Assembly (NCBI GenBank): GCA_036630325.1
Contig: CP142726.1
Coordinates: forward strand, 1,364,001-1,428,000
Length of the DNA: 64,000 nucleotides
Reading direction: 5' to 3'
From: Vairimorpha necatrix
Taxonomy: Eukaryota
Under the pieces are notes generated by a model, which was given only the letters and a program-made list of their open reading frames with translations, had not been told where the DNA came from and did no database searches. Shown piece after piece: positions 57,308 through 64,000 of this stretch. Made by a program: the position numbers and the translations under genes. Position 1 is the first letter of the stretch. Each line of letters opens with the position of its first letter.

Positions 57308-58403
57308 AGTTTTTATTTGTTAAGATTAAAATTAGACGAATTTGGATTTAAATATAGGAGTACATTTTTCATTATGCATAAAAGATAAGATTGTTGAGAT
57401 AAAGATATGCACAATATTTTGTAAGATACTTCTGCATCGCAATGTAAGTTCTTTATAGTAAAAATTCGGAGTGTTTTCAGATGCTAATATTATGATGTTA
57501 GCCGGATTGTAATACTTTACGATGTCCATATCTGCTGTTAAATTTTTGAAATGGCCCTTACTTGATTATATTTCACTCTCATGATTAAATTTAACAGTCG
57601 ATTGAATGCAAACTTTTATCAAATCGATGATGATCGCGTCCCAAGCTTAACTATTAAATATAAGGGTGCTGATTTCTATGATATATTGGGAAAGTTTCGA
57701 AAAATTTTTAATGCAAGTACGCACTAAAAAGAAGTCTCATACGGATTTTGATATGATCTGCATATTTTAAATGCTGCGAGATTCTTACCCACTACTAAAA
57801 TTGTCCTGCAATTAACTTGTTAGATCTGTTGAACTTTGGCTTTACTGAACTTATTACCATCTATATGCATATCGTGTCTAGAGTGACCATACAGCAGATA
57901 TACTTAACGGGCAGATTTTATAATCCTAGGATAGATATCATCGTACTGACTCAAAGATCCCTACAATCATCTGTATTGCACACACGTGCTCCTTTGACTC
58001 TACATTTTATGGACCATGTTAACTACATGTCTCTATATGTTTTGGCAGCGGGACATAGAGTCCTATATGATAAAGGAAAGCTATTGCTCTAATCGCCAAG
58101 TCTCTTAATTGGCTTAAAGATCTCAACATAGATTGTATTCGCCACTGACTTTTTATGCTTCATAAGTACTTTTATATACAACGTAGTTACTTCTTACATA
58201 TGGTGTTTCTGGCCTCAATCGGCGTTTCCAACTTGATTCTGCTTGTAAGTAGATGCACAAAATTATAGTCGACGTTACTATTACCTTAAACATTTTTAAT
58301 AGAATCTAAAATTCTTTTAAAATAATATCACAATTCTCTCGAACACTTGCACATGATTAGTAAACACCAATCTTACCTTAGACTTTATTAATTTCCCCTT
58401 ATT

Positions 58404-59366
58404 ATGATCAATAAAATTATTATTATTACTGGACCTAGTAAAAGTTATAAAGAAATTGAGTATAAAGATACGCTAATATTTTATGATTGTCAAATAGGCA
58501 AATTTAATATAAATATCCAGAATACAAAAAGTGTATCTATATCTAGTAAAGATATTCTCTTAAGATTTACTAAAAAATCAGGTGATTTTTTGTATAAAAT
58601 CAAAGAAGATTCCTCTTTGTATAATTTTAATAACAAATTGGAAATACAATTTATTTATGAAAATAAATCGTGTATAAATGATATTTTCAAAGTGCCACTC
58701 TATAAAAACCATCTTTCTGGCTTTCTATTTTCGAGATTATTTTCAGTTCTATTGAAAATTTATTTCAAAAATTTTTTAGATTTTTTACTAATAAATTTCC
58801 CAGATTATGCCATCGCTTACATACGAGACAAACCTTTCGGGTTGAAACAGAACACAGTCATCAAAGAAAATTTAGCTTATATTTTTATAAATTTCAATTT
58901 ATACCAAAATATGATCTATGAGTCATTTTTCATATTTGCCAGTCTTTTAGACCTAGACATGATTTTTATAAAATTAAGTTTTCTGTTTATTTTTAAAGTC
59001 TACAAGTTTATAATTCGAACTTTGTCCGAATTATTAGATCTTTTAAATCATAAAACTTATAATAAATTAAAAAGAAGATATGATACGATAGTCTTAAGTG
59101 CAGATCAGATAATATTAGCAGTACTGTTTTTTAGTATTTTTGTACTTATATTTATTAATATTTTACCTTATTATTTGTTTTATGTTTTAGTTTGGTTTAT
59201 TTATCAAGGGATTGTAAGTTTAGAAAAAGTCGTGGTTTTATTAATTTGTGATTTTCGTGAATATTATTTTTTGGATTTGGAGTGTCCTGGGCTTATTTGC
59301 AGTGTGGATTTTAAAGTCAAATTGAGATTGTTAATTCAAGAAATTAAATTTTCTGAGATTTTTTAA
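58404..59366 (+). CDS. GPI1: GPI-GlcNAc transferase subunit Gpi1/PIG-Q
   Basis: PFGLKQN and LLNHKTYNKLKRRYD..DQIILAVLFFSIFV match the Gpi1 domain. Confidence 0.8.
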   Translation: MINKIIIITGPSKSYKEIEYKDTLIFYDCQIGKFNINIQNTKSVSISSKDILLRFTKKSGDFLYKIKEDSSLYNFNNKLEIQFIYENKSCINDIFKVPLYKNHLSGFLFSRLFSVLLKIYFKNFLDFLLINFPDYAIAYIRDKPFGLKQNTVIKENLAYIFINFNLYQNMIYESFFIFASLLDLDMIFIKLSFLFIFKVYKFIIRTLSELLDLLNHKTYNKLKRRYDTIVLSADQIILAVLFFSIFVLIFINILPYYLFYVLVWFIYQGIVSLEKVVVLLICDFREYYFLDLECPGLICSVDFKVKLRLLIQEIKFSEIF

Positions 59367-59580
59367 ACACGAAAAAGTTGGCGAATTTTATAAAAATAAA
59401 CCAAATATTTTCTTGGTTTTATAAATAAAAGGTCTTTGCAAACTCTAAGCAAGACTGTTTTTTCTTAGTAATTTGTCTAATATTTACGTTTTATATTCAC
59501 GAATTAAACATTTGATTTTACATGTCAAAATTAAATATCAAATTTTTAAAGAAGATTGTTTTGATTTTTCACCCTTAGAA

Positions 59581-60390
59581 ATGAAATCTGCCCTAACAAA
59601 ACAAGACATTTTTTCAATAAATAAATCGTCTGTCGTAGTCCACCCACTTGTCTTACTCAGTGCAGTGGATCATTACAAAAGATTAAATTCTAAAAGAGTC
59701 ATAGGCTGTCTACTTGGGGAATATAAAGACGAGTTACACATTACAAACTCCTTCGCTATTCCTTTTGAGGAGACAGAGGACGAGTGGTTTTATGACACTT
59801 CTTATTTACAAAACATGTACGAGCTTTTCCACAAAGTAAACTCAAAAGAGCAAATAGTCGGGTGGTACCACACAGGCCCGAAAATGTATAAAAATGATAT
59901 AGAAATCACTAAATCATTCTTGAAAGTAATAGATAATCCTTATCTTGTCATTATAAATATACATTCTGAAGATTACGATTTACCAATACAAATCTTCAAA
60001 TTAAACAAAGAAAAAGATTTTGTGCACATCAATGGCAAAGTCGAGGCAGAAGAAGCCGAGGAAGTCGGGGTAGAACATTTAATCAGAGACTTGAGGACAG
60101 AATGTTCAGGGAGTCTGAAAGATAATATAAATATAATTAGGGAATCTTTAAATGTCTACTATAATTGTGTGTCAAATATTGAAGATTATATTCAAAATGT
60201 CATAGACGGGAAAAGGGAATATAATCATGAGATTATAAACTTGTTACAGGAAATATTAAATTCTATACCAAATCTTAATGATAATTTAGAAGTTAATATG
60301 AGTTATGTTTATCTTTGTGAATTAATTAAGTCGACGATTAATCTTAACGAATTAAAAAACAATAGACAAGAGAACGAAATAGCCAGTTAA
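59581..60390 (+). CDS. RPN8: 26S proteasome lid subunit Rpn8
   Basis: VHPLVLLSAVDHY, NSFAIPFEE, VGWYHTGP, EAEEAEEVGVEHLIRD; ACCCTT before ATG 59581. Confidence 0.97.
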   Translation: MKSALTKQDIFSINKSSVVVHPLVLLSAVDHYKRLNSKRVIGCLLGEYKDELHITNSFAIPFEETEDEWFYDTSYLQNMYELFHKVNSKEQIVGWYHTGPKMYKNDIEITKSFLKVIDNPYLVIINIHSEDYDLPIQIFKLNKEKDFVHINGKVEAEEAEEVGVEHLIRDLRTECSGSLKDNINIIRESLNVYYNCVSNIEDYIQNVIDGKREYNHEIINLLQEILNSIPNLNDNLEVNMSYVYLCELIKSTINLNELKNNRQENEIAS

Positions 60391-60694
60391 AATAAATTTG
60401 TTAAAACATAAAAAAAACTTTAGAAACATTTTTTGTAAACTTCTTTTCATAATTGTGGTTTGTAAGATTTTTGAGCAAATAAATTGCAATACAAATTTTT
60501 ATTATTAAAATTTACAGGACATCTTGCGCATTTTAAAAAACTTCTCTGTACAATTAAAAAGATAAAGCTGCTTTATTAAAAAATTCAATAAATTTTTTAA
60601 TATTAAGGATAAAATCTCATAGATGGCTTTTTTAAACTAATATAAAAATTTTATATAGAAAAAACCCACTTTATGAAACATTTTAAAGATAAAT

Positions 60695-61630
60695 TCAATA
60701 TTTTTTAATTTTATTTTCTTTTTCATTAAAATCTAAATATATCGAGAAAAGTACTCCAAATATAGCGAATCCTTGACTAAAAGATATAAAATGTCCAAAT
60801 ATGAAAAATGACATCAATATTGATGTCATTTTCCTTATAATATTAATTATACTAAGTGTAAGAGTACCATGTTTCTCTATCATAGAATAAATAAACACTT
60901 GACCTATTACATTTGTAACTGAAGAAAGCAAAATATCATAAGAAAAATCTGAATTTCCTATTAAACTACCAAAAGATGTGTAAAAACTACCATTGGTAAT
61001 TAAAATAACACTTGATAATGATAATCGTATCAAATTGAAATAATACATCATGTTTAAAGATGACACTTTATACTTCTTGACAATATTGTCTTGTACTACA
61101 TTTATAAACCCATCAATAGATAAATTAATTAATAACAAACAAATTCCAATATAACTACTAGACATATTTTTAGTCTCTTTGGTCTCAGAAAGAGCGAACA
61201 ATAAGACGCAAAAAGACGTTAAAATTAGTGTGAAATATTTGCGCATCGTAAATTTCTTCTTATAAATTATAAAATTCATAAGAGCAATACTAAGAAGTTT
61301 ACAAGATTTAGAAATGACGATAGTAGGATAAGACAAGAATTTGAGGGAATAAGTCCATAACTGAGCAGATATTAAAGTTAAAACAGAAAGAAAAATATAA
61401 TTAAAAATTAGAAATCTATTTGTTTTAGAATTTTCATCTTTTTTGAAATTTAAAATTGAGCCACTGACAAGTACGCCGCCTAGACTTTGTAAAAACATGG
61501 GGAGAAGAGCAGAAGAATATTTTACATTTTTATGATCAGTGGCAAGTTTCTCCTGGTAAATGCCATTTATAAGAAATAATGCGTAAATTCCTATCCCAAG
61601 AAACAAGATAGAAGAAGATTTTTCATTCAT
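60695..61630 (-). CDS. HUT1: UAA-family nucleotide-sugar/ATP transporter (Hut1/SLC35B1-like)
   Basis: GIYQE, SLKFLSYPTIVISKSCKL, IDGF..QD, GQVFIY, RKMTSILMS; start moved to ATG 61630. Confidence 0.85.
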   Translation of the reverse strand: MNEKSSSILFLGIGIYALFLINGIYQEKLATDHKNVKYSSALLPMFLQSLGGVLVSGSILNFKKDENSKTNRFLIFNYIFLSVLTLISAQLWTYSLKFLSYPTIVISKSCKLLSIALMNFIIYKKKFTMRKYFTLILTSFCVLLFALSETKETKNMSSSYIGICLLLINLSIDGFINVVQDNIVKKYKVSSLNMMYYFNLIRLSLSSVILITNGSFYTSFGSLIGNSDFSYDILLSSVTNVIGQVFIYSMIEKHGTLTLSIINIIRKMTSILMSFFIFGHFISFSQGFAIFGVLFSIYLDFNEKENKIKKY

Positions 61631-61752
61631 AGGGGCAAATAAAAAAAACATAAAAAAAATTATTTCTTGATTTAACCACACAATATCTTAAAGGTTTTAA
61701 ATTTACCAAAAGTGATTTTATTGATAAAATTTTTAGTTTAGTAAAAAAATTA

Positions 61753-62007
61753 CTACTCAAGAGAATACGAGCCAATCTTGTATTTTTCATTGGTTATCGC
61801 ATCAAGTTTCTTTATGTCATATCTAGAATATAGAAATTTCCAAATATCTTCAGCAGAAATGACATTAGGCTGTTTTAAATTTTTTAATACTTGAAGCATG
61901 ATAAATTGTTTAAATATCCCGAAAGGCTTATGTTTGCCAAGAGCCTTTACTATTCTAATAGTAATATGGACATCTGTGTTAGTTATCTTTTTAGGAAAAT
62001 TTGTCAT
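61753..62007 (-). CDS. EAF7: NuA4 subunit Eaf7/MRGBP (CT20 family), minimal
   Basis: KHKPFGIFKQFIM..ISAEDIWKFLYSRYDIKKLD; CCCC motif before ATG. Confidence 0.8.
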   Translation of the reverse strand: MTNFPKKITNTDVHITIRIVKALGKHKPFGIFKQFIMLQVLKNLKQPNVISAEDIWKFLYSRYDIKKLDAITNEKYKIGSYSLE

Positions 62008-62076
62008 ATGGGGAGTCTAAAATAAAGATTATTATTGCGTTTTGTAGTTCTTTTATTTCAACCCTCATATTTTCTA

Positions 62077-62148
62077 AGCACGGTGGCGCAGTGGTAGCGC
62101 GTTGGGCTCATAACCCGAAGGACGATGGTTCGAATCCATCCTGTGCTA
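62077..62148 (+). tRNA. tRNA-Met(CAT), initiator type
   Basis: A1:T72 pair, GGG/CCC anticodon stem, CAT anticodon, 7-nt D-loop. Confidence 0.92.
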
Positions 62149-62290
62149 TTTTTGAAAAAAAATGGACTATATATCAAATTTGTCAACATATATTTTATGT
62201 AAAAAAAATGGACTTACAACAACAGTCAAGTTAAGTTTTTTCCATATTTTTGATGTTAAAAAAATAAAAAAAAGGTTTATTTTGCTTTTG

Positions 62291-64000
62291 TTATATTTTA
62301 TTCAATAAAAACTTAAAAATAATTCCGCATTTGAGAAATACAAATATACTTTTGTTATGTTGACAAACTTTTTTGACTAAACATTCAAATTTTTTCTCTT
62401 TTACATATTCCCTCTCATTTATAGTGTCTAATATAAAAAGAATATTTCCTTTTTGTACAAATTTAAATAATGTCTCTAGTCCCCGTTTAGACTTGCATTT
62501 TCTTAAGAATTTTACACTTCCATCATTCAGGCCAAAAAGGTATCCTGTGTTTGTTCGATGTAAAGAATAAATAATTGAGTCAACTAAACCTCTAGTCTTC
62601 GCGAAAGTTTCACAAACTATTAATAATCTAGTCTTTTCGTACATATGATTAGTAATAACTATCTCGTCGTCTCTTTCTATATAAATTAAATTGTTAGTGT
62701 AATAATTTTTCAATAATGACAATTTGTTATCTAGATTTTCATCAACTGAATAAATATTTCCATTTACTGTGCTAAAATATATAAAATTTCTTGATGTTTT
62801 CTGTTTTATATCAGATAACATTTCGTCGCAATCAAGTTTCTGATTAGTATCATTGTGTAACGGAAACCCATCTCGAATCCTAGTTCTAATGCATAGCGAA
62901 TTAATAACAGAATCGAAATATTCTGTTTTAGCAACCATTTTACCTTCTACAAGCTTATAAACCACTTGTCCGTCCGTACAAACAATTGTTTTATTGTCTA
63001 CAATCTCAAAATCGATAATATTACCACAATCTAGTGGCTTAAAATCGAAAAAATTATTTTTAAATTCCAATTTTCTAATAATACCATCACTAAAAAGAAC
63101 GTAGATAATTTCATGGTTTTTTTCATCTTCTAATAACACTTTTCGGGGATACCCGCAGTTAAATTCTATTTTTTCAATTAAATTAAAATTTTCATCGAGT
63201 ATGTAAATTTTTGAACTATTAGAATCAAATTTTCCGAAATAATCAAATTCAAAATTTTTTTTAGTACCAATAACAATCACAGGATTGGGATTAATCGTCA
63301 TAACTGCAAATGTAATGCACTCTTTTAAATTTAAATATTCGTAATTTGGAAATATTTTAGATTTTTCAATTTTATATTCACTGCCTTTATACCAAACATT
63401 TTCTATAATTCCTTCTATCGATGACATTTCGTCAATAGAATCGTACGCTAATTTAAATGTTTCCCATTTATATTCTTCAAGAAGCTTGTTATCTCGTAAA
63501 TCTGGCTCGGCCCTACATTGTGCTTTCGCTGGTGTTTTTGTTGATTGATTGAAGTCATTTTTGAATAAAATACTCCAAAAGAAATCTTTTTCATTTTCTA
63601 AAACGTGTGGAATCTTTTCGACTTTAAATGATGTATCGAAAAATCTTAATTCTATTAATAATTTTTCAAAATCAATTTTAAAATTTTTATTTGCATGATA
63701 TATTAGATTAGACATAGAATGTTTATGTGTATTAATATGTGCTCTATATAATAATTTGGAATCATATTCTTTATAACATCCCCATATCTGACATTTATAC
63801 ATGTTTTTATCTTGAATTAATAGACAATTTTCGGTTAATTTATTTTTTAAAATTCTACCTATTTCGGAGTCGGAATACAATAAATCAAATAAATTTACAG
63901 ATCTCAATAAAACATTGTCCGTTTTATTAAAAATTTCTCTCGGCTTATATTTTGCTTTAATATAATTTTCTATTGTTTGCGTACTATAAATATCTTTTGA
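62291..64000 (-). CDS. C2H2 zinc finger plus WD40-like protein, possibly TFIIIC subunit Tfc6/GTF3C2; 5' end outside window
   Basis: Frame is open to base 64000; YKCQIWGCYKEY..YRAHINTH finger; beta-rich repeats with YVLFSDGIIR and FGLNDGSVKF. Confidence 0.6.
   Translation of the reverse strand, partial: SKDIYSTQTIENYIKAKYKPREIFNKTDNVLLRSVNLFDLLYSDSEIGRILKNKLTENCLLIQDKNMYKCQIWGCYKEYDSKLLYRAHINTHKHSMSNLIYHANKNFKIDFEKLLIELRFFDTSFKVEKIPHVLENEKDFFWSILFKNDFNQSTKTPAKAQCRAEPDLRDNKLLEEYKWETFKLAYDSIDEMSSIEGIIENVWYKGSEYKIEKSKIFPNYEYLNLKECITFAVMTINPNPVIVIGTKKNFEFDYFGKFDSNSSKIYILDENFNLIEKIEFNCGYPRKVLLEDEKNHEIIYVLFSDGIIRKLEFKNNFFDFKPLDCGNIIDFEIVDNKTIVCTDGQVVYKLVEGKMVAKTEYFDSVINSLCIRTRIRDGFPLHNDTNQKLDCDEMLSDIKQKTSRNFIYFSTVNGNIYSVDENLDNKLSLLKNYYTNNLIYIERDDEIVITNHMYEKTRLLIVCETFAKTRGLVDSIIYSLHRTNTGYLFGLNDGSVKFLRKCKSKRGLETLFKFVQKGNILFILDTINEREYVKEKKFECLVKKVCQHNKSIFVFLKCGIIFKFLLNKI

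Noticed and set aside
57330..58330. Higher-GC stretch after tRNA-Val with two short ORFs
   Set aside because: Likely degraded TE; family not identifiable by eye
62001..62234. 77-aa plus-strand ORF
   Set aside because: Spans the tRNA-Met gene and overlaps the EAF7 start

Overview
Eukaryotic, very AT-rich, intron-poor DNA with CCC/GGG motifs just upstream of most ATGs; best explained as a microsporidian genome (Nosema/Vairimorpha-like; inference). Two compact housekeeping blocks flank a gene-poor accessory island. Left block (~1.6-18 kb): KRR1, TOP2, SLC41/MgtE transporter, HSF, AN1 zinc finger, SSL1, two tRNAs. Right block (~41.8-64 kb): DEAH helicase, DHHC, BUB1/MAD3, MCM7, ADA2, SEC10-like, RPS0, RRN3, GPI1, RPN8, HUT1, EAF7, a TFC6-like gene, two tRNAs. 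The island (~18-41.8 kb) holds three tandem paralogs of an unknown, probably secreted ~445-aa family with a positionally conserved TGACA promoter footprint, relics of a further paralog, a hAT/Buster transposon, a Merlin transposon with a 76-bp palindrome over its start signal, and a 5'-truncated RLE non-LTR element with a 16-bp TSD. Most notable: two 'hypothetical' ORFs resemble by eye drastically shortened Integrator backbone subunits INTS7 and INTS2, suggesting a miniaturised Integrator complex. All homology calls come from motif recognition and remembered family consensus; no searches were run. Several start codons were moved from the ORF track to the CCC-preceded ATG.
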